A stretch of 64,000 nucleotides of DNA from Podarcis erhardii. Its lineage: Eukaryota. This document shows positions 13,259-21,795 of this stretch, piece after piece (within the stretch, counting starts at the first letter, position 1; each line of letters begins with the position of its first letter). The stretch is taken from the NCBI GenBank assembly GCA_964252035.1, contig OZ176201.1. One strand, given 5' to 3'. The translations under genes were made by a program, and so were the position numbers. The notes below the pieces were generated by a model. It did no database searches. It was not told the origin of the DNA and saw only the letters and a program-made list of their open reading frames with translations.

Positions 13259-14046
13259 TGTCACAGCCACCCAGGTGGGTCCCAGCTCACGAGAGACCTT
13301 ACTCCGTTATAGTTTACTTACAGGAAAAGTTTATTGAAGATAATTGCTTCTTTCACAGTTCAGCATTGTGGCTGTACGTCTGTCACGTTAGACCGCCGAA
13401 GTCCCCCTCTGACTCCTCCCCTCCTCCACACCAACTTAATAGCCTGGCTCTAGACCACCTCTTCCTCTCCTTTCTTTTCCGCAGGGTCTTTCTGCCCCCC
13501 TGGGTTCTCTCTTTCCGGGATTCGCCTGAGGCTGAATCCTCTGCCGCCTCCTGCCCCCTCCTTCTGGCTTTGGGGCCGGGCTCCTCCTCTGAGCTTTCCC
13601 CACTTCCGCGCGCCTCTATGTTTGAACTTGGCGCGCGTACGTTGCTTTTGACCTTTCCTTCGTCCTCTATACTGCCCCCTGTTCCACTCTCTACCCTTTC
13701 CGGCTGAACACCTTGCTCCAACCCCCTCTCTCTATTTTCTCCTGTTCCTCCTCCCTCCGAGAGGCTGACAACTCCACCCCCTTTACTCCGTTCCGGCTGA
13801 GACCCCTCTGACAGCGTCTGTGCTTCACTGGGCTTTCTCCCCTCCTTCCCTGACTTTTCACAGCTTCTCTCTTCTCCTGCTTTTCGCCTGATCATGCTAG
13901 CTCCCTTTTGGGAATCCTCTGACTCACTGCTTAGGCTCATAGATTCCCTTCGAATTCCGTCATCTTCTTCCTCGTCTCTCTCTCCCTCCTCCCACTCGCT
14001 TTCCGTCTCCTCTGCCATCTCCTCACTTCTCCCAGAAACCCTGACA
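13259..14046 (-). repeat. 3' LTR (788 bp)
   Basis: Direct repeat of 19010-19797 with no difference found by eye; AATAAA on - strand at 13335-13330. Confidence 0.97.
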
Positions 14047-14486
14047 TCCATCCCCCCCTCGAAGCCCCCCCTTCCCCCCTCCCGGTCGCTGGGTGCAGGT
14101 TGAGGGAAATGTGGTTCTTCCTGGGTCGGTTCAGGATACCGGGTGTCCACGTCAATCTTCTCCTCTGGCAGCTCCGTATACGTGTGTTCGAACTCGGGTT
14201 CCCCCCCTGAAGGCATCACAGTCTCTTCCTCCCTCACTGCTTCTCCTGGCGCTGCCTGCCAAGGACCTATCATCCACCTCTGACTCCATACCTCCCTTGG
14301 CTGATCCACCCACCAATAAGGGTTTGTCTCTCCCCCCCCCCAGGCGGGGAACCCTGGTCGGGCTTGTTTTGGGCGTAGAGCCCTCGGGCGAGGAGAAACC
14401 CCCGAACGTGCTGCCCGACAAAGTGGGCGTGAAAAGCCAATCATCAAAATACTCCTCGGGCATGGGTTTGTGCGGAAAAATTGCAT
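13383..14486 (-). CDS. Extra ORF / Pol-tail frame spanning the pol 3' end, PPT and U3: acidic low-complexity protein ending in a basic patch
   Basis: 367-codon open frame; E/D/S/G-rich; RKTLRKRKERKR near the C-terminus; TGA at 13385-13383. Expression is not demonstrated. Confidence 0.6.
   Translation of the reverse strand: MQFFRTNPCPRSILMIGFSRPLCRAARSGVSPRPRALRPKQARPGFPAWGGGETNPYWWVDQPREVWSQRWMIGPWQAAPGEAVREEETVMPSGGEPEFEHTYTELPEEKIDVDTRYPEPTQEEPHFPQPAPSDREGGRGGFEGGMDVRVSGRSEEMAEETESEWEEGERDEEEDDGIRRESMSLSSESEDSQKGASMIRRKAGEERSCEKSGKEGRKPSEAQTLSEGSQPERSKGGGVVSLSEGGGTGENRERGLEQGVQPERVESGTGGSIEDEGKVKSNVRAPSSNIEARGSGESSEEEPGPKARRRGQEAAEDSASGESRKERTQGGRKTLRKRKERKRWSRARLLSWCGGGEESEGDFGGLT
14047..14060 (-). 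other. Polypurine tract
   Basis: GAGGGGGGGATGGA on - strand directly abuts the TG of the 3' LTR. Confidence 0.85.
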
Positions 14487-17400
14487 GAAACTCCTCCTTC
14501 AACAGGGGTTCGTCCAAAGCGTAATCCGGCACCCAGCTATTTGCAGAGACTGGAGTGCCTTCCCTGGCGAGAAAATATTCAACTCCCTCCTCCCCCCATC
14601 GTGAATCCAGTATCTCTGTGACCTCATTAAGAGGTTCTGGTCTTGGCGACTCCCCTCTCTCAGGCGCCCTTCTACGTGGCTCTGGAGGTGCTCCTGACTC
14701 TTGAAACCTGTGTGGGGCTTTGTAGGGAGTGAGCACCGACCTATGAAAGACCGGGTGCACCCTGGAGCCCTCCGGAAGGGCTAGGCGAAAAGCCACCGGA
14801 TTGATCTTAGCCTCAACTTGATATGGTCCTAGCTGCCTGTGTTCTAACTTCTTTTTGGCCAACGACCTGGCCGGCATCGCGTGGGCTGCTAACCATACCC
14901 AGTCCCCAACCTGAATGTCTTCCCCCACCCTTCTGTGTTTGTCGGCTTGCACCTTATACGCCTGCTTTGCCAGCTCCAAATGTCTCCGCAGCTCCTCGTG
15001 CACCTCTTGCAACTCTGCTGCAAACTGGTCGGCATTTTGAGGTCCCCCCCCTTCAGGTGCTGTAAAGCTCGGGAAGGTTCTGGGATGACGTCCATAGTTC
15101 GCGAAGAAAGGCGTCACCCCGGTGGATGCGTGCTTCGTGTTGTTGTAGGCGAACTCAGCCATCGGCAGGTAGTCCACCCACGCCGCGGGTCGCTGGTTGG
15201 CGTAACACCGTAGGTACTGCTGCATGATCGCGTTGACCCTCTCCGCTTGACCGTTGGTCTGTGGATGCCTCGCCGACGTCAGGTTGATCTTGACGTGTAA
15301 GATACCCAGAAGCTTCCGCCAGAAAGTGGAAACAAATTGGCGCCCCCTGTCGGACAAGACGGACTGCGGTAGTCCATGCACTCTGAAGACGTGATCGATG
15401 AAGAGCTTTGCGGTCTGTTCTGCCGTCGCCACCTTGGCACAAGGAATGAAGTGCGCCATCTTGGTGAACAAGTCCACAACCACTAACACCGCCGTCTTAC
15501 CTCTGGAGCTGGGCAGGTCTGTAACAAAGTCCAACGCTACCCTCTCCCACGGTTGCTGCGGTGTCTCCAGCGGTTCTAACAATCCCGCCTGCTTCTGATG
15601 CACTGGTTTGGACCTCTGGCAGATATCGCACCTGGCTACGTAGTCCGCCACCTCTCCTCTCATCTGGGGCCACCAAAAGTCCCTTGCCACCAACTCCATC
15701 GTCTTCTCTTTGCCGAAATGGCCCGCACTCGGGGCATCGTGCAATTGTTGCAAAACCGTGGCGCGAAGCTCGTCGGTGGGCACGTAAAGGGCGCCCTTGC
15801 GAGTCAAAAGTCCATCCTGCAACTGAAACTCATTGTTGTCAGGCGACCCTCTGCGGAGCTCCTCCATCTTGGATTGTGCAAACTGATCCTCTTGCAGCGC
15901 GCGTCGCACCGCGTCCAGGTCGACTGCGATGGTAGCGCACGTCCACGCCTGCGGTGCGAAAATGTACTTTGCTGCGATTGGAGCTACTTCCTCCAGGTAT
16001 TGAGGCTTTCGGGACAGCGCGTCTGCTATAACATTGGAGTCTCCAGGGATGTATTCTATTTTGAAATCGAAATCCGCAAAGAATTCCGCCCAGCGCATGT
16101 GTCGTTGGGTTTGCAATTTAGCCGTCCGCCAATACTCCAAGTTCTTGTGATCCGTGCGGACCTGCACCGTGTGCTTGGCTCCTATCAAGAAGTGTCGCCA
16201 CGCTCTGAAAGCTGCATGAATGGCCAACAACTCCCTGTCCCATATGGTGTAGTTGCGCTCCGTCTTGCTGAGCTTGCGGGAGTAGAATGCACCCGGTCTC
16301 CAGTTGCCTTGCGAATCCTCTTGCAAGAGGACGGCCCCAACTGCTCTGTCTGATGCATCTGTCTCTACCCGCATGGGCCTGCCAGGATTCACGTGCAGCA
16401 GCTGCTCCTCGGAGGCGAAAAGGCTTTTAAGCTTCCGAAAGGATCGCTCTGCTTGTTCGGTCCAGACGAACTTCTTCTTCTTGGAACTGAGGGTGTCAGT
16501 GATTGCCGCCGTCGCGTTTGCAAAACCTTTAATAAACTTGCGATAAAAATTGGCAAAGCCGATGAACCTCTGGACCTCCTTCCGATTTCGAGGGCTCTTC
16601 CAGTCCAACAGCGCTTGGACTTTAGTCTTGTCCATGGCCAGTCCCTCGTCGGACAGCTTGTAGCCAAGGAAATCTACCTCTCTCACATCAAACTGGCACT
16701 TCTCCAACTTGGCGTACAGCCTGTGTTCCTTCAGCCTCTGCAGAACTTCCTTCACGTCCTTATCGTGATCCTCTGGCGATTCCGAGAAAATCAGGATATC
16801 GTCGAGAAAACAGACACACTTCTTGTAGAGGAGACCTGCCAGGACGTGATGCATGAATGCTTGGAAAACATGGCTGCCATTTTGTAGACCGAAGGGCATA
16901 ACCCTGTATTCGTACGTGCCCAAAGGAGTGAACATGGCCGTCTTCCACTCGTCGCCCTTCCTGATGCGGATGAGGTTGTAAGCTCCACGTAAATCCAGCT
17001 TGGTAAAAATCTTCCCCCTCCTGACTGTAGCCAAAAGGTCGTCAATTTTGGGCATGGGGAAAGCCTTGGGCTTAGTTAGTCTGTTTATGAACCGGTAGTC
17101 CACAATGAGCCTCTTCTGGGGCGTGTCTTTCTTTTTCACAAAGAAAACAGGACTGCCTCCCGCTGCTTTAGATTCCTGGATGAATCCGCGCTTGAGGTTG
17201 TGTTCTATGAACTCCCGAAGCTCTTGCAGCTCGTCTTCCGACATGGAGTACAGCTTGGCAGTTGGCAACTGCGCGCCTGGCACTAAGTCAATCGCGCAGT
17301 CGTAAGGTCTGTGAGGCGGCAATTTGTCAGCTTCCTTTTCGCAGAAAACCTCCAAGAACTCCGCGTACTTGTGAGGAACCGCTTGCACCATACTCAGATG

Positions 17401-17931
17401 CCGCTGCTGTTCGTCTTCTCCTCCTTGATCGGTTTGGATGCAATTCTGGGCGCAATACGATGAACAAAAGGTGATCTGCCTCTGGTACCAAGCAACCGCG
17501 GGACTGTGCCTGTCCAGCCAACTCATGCCCAACACGATGGGCGTGTCCGATAAGTGGGTGACATTGAAACTAATAAGCTCTCGATGGTCTCCAATTTGCA
17601 TCATCATGGGAGGGGTTTGCTGCACCACTTGCCCCCCCAGCAACTTCCTGCCGTCTACCGTGACCACGTTCAGAGGCGTCGTTGCAGGCAGGAGCGCTAT
17701 GTTATGCTGCTTGACGAACTGTAATCCCACGAAATCGGCGTTGCTTCCCGAATCGATGGTTGTTGGAACCTCGAGAAGCCGCCCATCAGGCAGCTGGAGT
17801 GTTGCTGTGAGTAAAACTGCTGGTTTGGGAGGTAAAGGGTCCATGTGCTGCAAGGATGCTGGGGACTTCTCTACAGATCCGCCTGGCTGAGCCCCAGTAG
17901 CTCTGCTTCCAGCCAGGCACTGCAGTTTCCC
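14152..17931 (-). CDS. Pol (protease-RT-RNase H-integrase-chromodomain), reached from gag by a -1 frameshift
   Basis: IDSGS protease; KLDLRGAY and FLDDILIF RT; TDASD, RELLAI and TDHKNL RNase H; HDAPSAGH...CDIC, LDFVT, SDRG, ERVN and GPY integrase; C-terminal chromodomain fold. The ORF-track start at 18048 lies upstream of the slippery site. Confidence 0.95.
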   Translation of the reverse strand, partial: GKLQCLAGSRATGAQPGGSVEKSPASLQHMDPLPPKPAVLLTATLQLPDGRLLEVPTTIDSGSNADFVGLQFVKQHNIALLPATTPLNVVTVDGRKLLGGQVVQQTPPMMMQIGDHRELISFNVTHLSDTPIVLGMSWLDRHSPAVAWYQRQITFCSSYCAQNCIQTDQGGEDEQQRHLSMVQAVPHKYAEFLEVFCEKEADKLPPHRPYDCAIDLVPGAQLPTAKLYSMSEDELQELREFIEHNLKRGFIQESKAAGGSPVFFVKKKDTPQKRLIVDYRFINRLTKPKAFPMPKIDDLLATVRRGKIFTKLDLRGAYNLIRIRKGDEWKTAMFTPLGTYEYRVMPFGLQNGSHVFQAFMHHVLAGLLYKKCVCFLDDILIFSESPEDHDKDVKEVLQRLKEHRLYAKLEKCQFDVREVDFLGYKLSDEGLAMDKTKVQALLDWKSPRNRKEVQRFIGFANFYRKFIKGFANATAAITDTLSSKKKKFVWTEQAERSFRKLKSLFASEEQLLHVNPGRPMRVETDASDRAVGAVLLQEDSQGNWRPGAFYSRKLSKTERNYTIWDRELLAIHAAFRAWRHFLIGAKHTVQVRTDHKNLEYWRTAKLQTQRHMRWAEFFADFDFKIEYIPGDSNVIADALSRKPQYLEEVAPIAAKYIFAPQAWTCATIAVDLDAVRRALQEDQFAQSKMEELRRGSPDNNEFQLQDGLLTRKGALYVPTDELRATVLQQLHDAPSAGHFGKEKTMELVARDFWWPQMRGEVADYVARCDICQRSKPVHQKQAGLLEPLETPQQPWERVALDFVTDLPSSRGKTAVLVVVDLFTKMAHFIPCAKVATAEQTAKLFIDHVFRVHGLPQSVLSDRGRQFVSTFWRKLLGILHVKINLTSARHPQTNGQAERVNAIMQQYLRCYANQRPAAWVDYLPMAEFAYNNTKHASTGVTPFFANYGRHPRTFPSFTAPEGGGPQNADQFAAELQEVHEELRRHLELAKQAYKVQADKHRRVGEDIQVGDWVWLAAHAMPARSLAKKKLEHRQLGPYQVEAKINPVAFRLALPEGSRVHPVFHRSVLTPYKAPHRFQESGAPPEPRRRAPERGESPRPEPLNEVTEILDSRWGEEGVEYFLAREGTPVSANSWVPDYALDEPLLKEEFHAIFPHKPMPEEYFDDWLFTPTLSGSTFGGFSSPEGSTPKTSPTRVPRLGGGRDKPLLVGGSAKGGMESEVDDRSLAGSARRSSEGGRDCDAFRGGTRVRTHVYGAARGED

Positions 17932-18947
17932 TGAAGCTGCTCCTCTGATTGCACCTCTGCTGTCACAGTTGCTAGTGCTGCAGTGTGCTTCTGGAGCCTC
18001 TGGGGGCACTCTTTCGCCATATGGTGTGCACTGTCGCAGATGTAACACTTCCTGGTCCCTCTAGGAGGCTTCGCTTTGGCTGCAGCAGGGATGGGGCTCT
18101 GGGATGGCTTTTGAGCCCTAGCACCACCAATCTCCATTGGCTCCTCGCCTTCCTTCCCCATTGGTGAGGGGTGCGCACGGCTGAAATCCCTGTGCACAAA
18201 AGGGAGAGCTTTTGCTTGCGCGCGCGCTTGGGGCCCCCCCTCCTCGTGCCACGGACGTCCCTCATGTCGAATTCCTATAGCCAAAGCCCGTTGCACCACG
18301 TCTTCCAGGGTCTGGGGTCTGTCCCCCCTTGCGATCTCATCCTTGACGGAGGGGCTCAATCCCTCCCAAAAAAGATCCCTGACCGGTAGACTGTCCTTCG
18401 GCCAATCTAAGGCGGTGAGCAATGCAAAAAATTTAGAATGATATTGGCGTACAGTGGCTCTCCCCTGCCTCAGCCCGTGCATCTGCCGGCGCGCAATGTC
18501 CTTATCCACAGAGGATTGAAAACAAGCATCCATTGCCTTGATAAACGCATCTGCATTGCGACGGGCTGGTCCATCTTCGCGCCACAGATTGCGTAGCCAA
18601 GCCCTGGCCTCCCCATGCAGGTGCGAAACAATAAATCCCACTCTCTCCTCCTCATCTCTAAAATCATGACGGAGTAAATGCAGTGCATACACGACATCTG
18701 CCCTGAAGTTGGGATAGTCTTGCAAGTTGCCATTAAAATGCGAAACTAGGGCACCCCCCCTCCTTCCAAGCGCAATGCCCTCCGCTCTGGAGCCCGGGGT
18801 CCCCGCCTTGTCCGCATTTTCCCACCTTGCTTGCAAATCCTGGCACGCTTTCTCCAAGTCAGCATTCTTCTTCTGCGAAGCAATGACTGCCGTTGTGAGA
18901 GTGGTAATCTGATCCCGGAGTGCAGCCAGCTGTTCCTCAGCACTCAT
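17871..18947 (-). CDS. Gag (N-terminal coiled coil, retrotransposon gag domain, CCHC zinc knuckle)
   Basis: 358-aa intact ORF starting 62 nt after the 5' LTR; CYICDSAHHMAKEC = Cx2Cx4Hx4C. Confidence 0.95.
   Translation of the reverse strand: MSAEEQLAALRDQITTLTTAVIASQKKNADLEKACQDLQARWENADKAGTPGSRAEGIALGRRGGALVSHFNGNLQDYPNFRADVVYALHLLRHDFRDEEERVGFIVSHLHGEARAWLRNLWREDGPARRNADAFIKAMDACFQSSVDKDIARRQMHGLRQGRATVRQYHSKFFALLTALDWPKDSLPVRDLFWEGLSPSVKDEIARGDRPQTLEDVVQRALAIGIRHEGRPWHEEGGPQARAQAKALPFVHRDFSRAHPSPMGKEGEEPMEIGGARAQKPSQSPIPAAAKAKPPRGTRKCYICDSAHHMAKECPQRLQKHTAALATVTAEVQSEEQLQGNCSAWLEAELLGLSQADL
17881..17931 (-). promoter_or_regulatory. -1 ribosomal frameshift signal: G GGA AAC heptamer, 6-nt spacer, 9-bp stem
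   Basis: GGGAAAC at 17931-17925 in the gag frame (CAG GGA AAC); GCCTGGCTG (17918-17910) pairs with CAGCCAGGC (17889-17881). Confidence 0.85.
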
Positions 18948-18996
18948 GGCTGCCCCGTTCGTGAGCTTCGCAAAAAAAAATTTTTGCTTTCAGAGG

Positions 18997-19007
18997 GAGG
19001 GGGACTT
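18997..19007 (-). other. Self-priming primer-binding site (not tRNA type)
   Basis: AAGTCCCCCTC, 2 nt after the LTR end, is the exact reverse complement of GAGGGGGACTT at 19160-19150; no TGG-type tRNA PBS. Confidence 0.85.
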
Positions 19008-19009
19008 TC

Positions 19010-19797
19010 TGTCACAGCCACCCAGGTGGGTCCCAGCTCACGAGAGACCTTACTCCGTTATAGTTTACTTACAGGAAAAGTTTATTGAAGATAATTGCTT
19101 CTTTCACAGTTCAGCATTGTGGCTGTACGTCTGTCACGTTAGACCGCCGAAGTCCCCCTCTGACTCCTCCCCTCCTCCACACCAACTTAATAGCCTGGCT
19201 CTAGACCACCTCTTCCTCTCCTTTCTTTTCCGCAGGGTCTTTCTGCCCCCCTGGGTTCTCTCTTTCCGGGATTCGCCTGAGGCTGAATCCTCTGCCGCCT
19301 CCTGCCCCCTCCTTCTGGCTTTGGGGCCGGGCTCCTCCTCTGAGCTTTCCCCACTTCCGCGCGCCTCTATGTTTGAACTTGGCGCGCGTACGTTGCTTTT
19401 GACCTTTCCTTCGTCCTCTATACTGCCCCCTGTTCCACTCTCTACCCTTTCCGGCTGAACACCTTGCTCCAACCCCCTCTCTCTATTTTCTCCTGTTCCT
19501 CCTCCCTCCGAGAGGCTGACAACTCCACCCCCTTTACTCCGTTCCGGCTGAGACCCCTCTGACAGCGTCTGTGCTTCACTGGGCTTTCTCCCCTCCTTCC
19601 CTGACTTTTCACAGCTTCTCTCTTCTCCTGCTTTTCGCCTGATCATGCTAGCTCCCTTTTGGGAATCCTCTGACTCACTGCTTAGGCTCATAGATTCCCT
19701 TCGAATTCCGTCATCTTCTTCCTCGTCTCTCTCTCCCTCCTCCCACTCGCTTTCCGTCTCCTCTGCCATCTCCTCACTTCTCCCAGAAACCCTGACA
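19010..19797 (-). repeat. 5' LTR (788 bp)
   Basis: Direct repeat of 13259-14046; contains TATA-like box, Inr and AATAAA (19086-19081) on - strand. Confidence 0.97.
19158..19192 (-). promoter_or_regulatory. LTR core promoter: TATTAA plus Inr, predicted TSS at A19161
   Basis: TATTAA at 19192-19187; GTCAGA fits the BBCABW Inr with A+1 31 nt downstream of the first T. Confidence 0.7.
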
Positions 19798-19946
19798 TAT
19801 ATGATACAGGCTTTCAATAAAAGCAAAATACTTTTCATCTGTCATTTTGAGTTGCTGTAAAAACCTAGTCCTGTAGTGCCACTTAGAGGATAGATCTAGT
19901 AACTGTGAACAAACCTTTTGTGATATGCTGCTATTCACTGCAACTA

Positions 19947-20188
19947 CAGTGGTACCTCGGGTTACATACACTTCAGGTTACAGACGCTTCAGGTTACAGA
20001 CTCTGCTAACCCAGAAATAGTACCTCGGCTTAAGAACTTTGCTTCAGGATGAGAACAGAAATTGTGCTCTGGCAGAGCGGCAGCAGCAGGAGGCCCCATT
20101 AGCTAAAGTGGTACCTCAGGTTAAGAACAGTTTCAGGTTAAGAACGGACCTCCGGAACGAATTAAGTACTTAACCTGAGGTACCACTG
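19947..20188. mobile_element. Tc1/mariner-type MITE (same family as 10840, opposite orientation)
   Basis: TA-cagtggtacctc...gaggtaccactg-TA. Confidence 0.88.
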
Positions 20189-21162
20189 TATTTCATTGTG
20201 TGAAACATTCAGTAAGCTAACTTGCTAGTTGTGACAGCTCATTGGATTTCATCTCAAGTTAGTGTATGTAAACAATCTTATTTTTAAGGTGTTCAGGCAA
20301 TTGCTGGGTTGAATTCTCCATGGCAAATGATTCTCATTGTAGATCCTTGTTTCTCCACTCCTGCCTTCCAACTTGATTTGGACAGCTCAGAATGAGCTGT
20401 TCCTTTGCTCTAAAGAACAAAGCCCTTCTTAAAGGTTGGTGCAGGCAAACAAGGCCTGTGGGTTTAGATTTGCTTTATTAATACTGATGTTGGGTTAGAC
20501 TTGTATGCACTCAATTACTATGTAAGAAAACATGTGTATGGTCACGTTACCATCTTTCATGGGGGGGGCATACAGAGAAGTCTCCTTGAACCTGTAGTAG
20601 CCTCTGGTTCTGACAGCCACTACAAGCAGCAGCAGTTGTAAATCCATCTCCCAGCTTTTGCCTCATCCCATGCTCCTAGAAAGGAAGGCGAACATCCCTA
20701 TCCACTCTACCTTGTAGCAACACCTCACTTTTTATTGCCAGAAAAATAAACAAGGAAATTGCTGCTGTTTCATTATATTCATTTGATGATTTGTGTCTGA
20801 GATCAAAATAAACTGTTGAACAGGTTATATACTGGCTCTTGAGATGGTTTAGAGGTACAAAGGAATAGGCCAGTAGGGAACAGCATGGTGGAGTGCAGCC
20901 ACACCTCCGGTCAGGTGTGTGGCTGCTGCTTACTGGGAGGTAACGGGGTGAGGAATCAGCGAGACTGGTGTGCAGCAACCAGTAGAGCCAGTTTGGTGCT
21001 CCAGTTAGGGTGTGTGTACCATGCCAATCTCCCCACCAACCTCCCCCTCCTGGTAAGCAGCAGCGCCACAACTCACTGTCAAGTGAGCAGTGGCCCTTCA
21101 CCATGCCATCCACTACTGGACTCAGGGTACAACATTTCATATTTAGGATGTTTAATCTAGGC

Positions 21163-21457
21163 CAGGGGTAGGCAACCTAAGGCCCGTGGGCCGGATGCAG
21201 CCCAATCGCCTTCCCAATCTGGCCTGTGGATGGTCTGGGAATCAGCGTGCTTTTTAAATGAGTAGAATGTGTCCTTTCATTTAAAATGCATCTCTGGGTT
21301 ATTTGTGGGGCCTGCCTGGTGTTTTTACATGAGTAGAATGTGTCCTTTTATTTACAGTGCATCTCTGGGTTATTTGTGGGGCACAGGAATTCGCTCATTA
21401 TTATTTTTTTCAAAATATAATCCGGACCACCACATGGTCTGAGGGACGGTGACCCTG
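21163..21457. mobile_element. hAT non-autonomous element (caggggtaggcaacc family)
   Basis: 8-bp TSD atctaggc/atctaggt; internal direct repeat of atgagtagaatgtgtcc...ttatttgtggggc. Confidence 0.8.
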
Positions 21458-21639
21458 ATCTAGGTGGCTATGAGTGGCAGGGAGATCTACTGGGCCAATT
21501 AAGATGAGGTTCACACAGGCAGCAAGGCAGCCTCAGTTAGCCCTTATTTAAACAAGGAGATGAAAGTAAGAGAATAATGGAAAAGGGGATTGCTCAGTCT
21601 ATGGCTGACAGACTCAGCATGGGTGGTTATGTCAGAGAC

Positions 21640-21795
21640 AGTATGCTTCTGAATACCAGTTGCTATGAATCACAGGTGAGGAGAATGGTGCCAGCTCTGC
21701 TTGTGGGCTTCCAATAGGCATCTGGTTGGTCACTGTGAAATCAAGATGTTGTGCCTTTGGCCTGTGCCAGAAGGGCTTGTCTTATGTTCTTAATG
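21640..21795 (+). mobile_element. L2-type LINE 3'-end fragment
   Basis: tatgcttctgaataccagttgct...ggcatctggttggtcactgtg...tcttatgttctta; similar to 37609-37780. Confidence 0.6.

Larger units (their letters stand above)
13259..19797 (-). mobile_element. Full-length Ty3/Gypsy chromovirus LTR retrotransposon, Tf1/sushi (PEG10-like) group
   Basis: Two 788-bp LTRs (TGTCA...TGACA); TSD TATAT (13254-13258, 19798-19802); gag then PR-RT-RNaseH-IN-chromodomain order; PPT and PBS present. Confidence 0.97.

Noticed and set aside
13174-13707. + strand ORF over the LTR (177 aa; copy at 18946-19458)
   Set aside because: This strand is very poor in A and G, so stops are rare and an ORF this long is expected by chance. 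Its start lies outside the LTR and differs between the two copies.
14823-17890. Antisense and off-frame ORFs over pol (e.g. 15598-16353, 16393-16887, 17438-17890)
   Set aside because: Shadows of a GC-rich coding strand; no motifs.
17932-18048. ORF-track start for Pol at 18048
   Set aside because: Overlaps the gag zinc knuckle in another frame; the slippery site at 17931-17925 explains Pol entry better.
18990-19009. Conventional tRNA primer-binding site
   Set aside because: No TGG complementary to tRNA CCA next to the LTR; self-complementarity explains the site.
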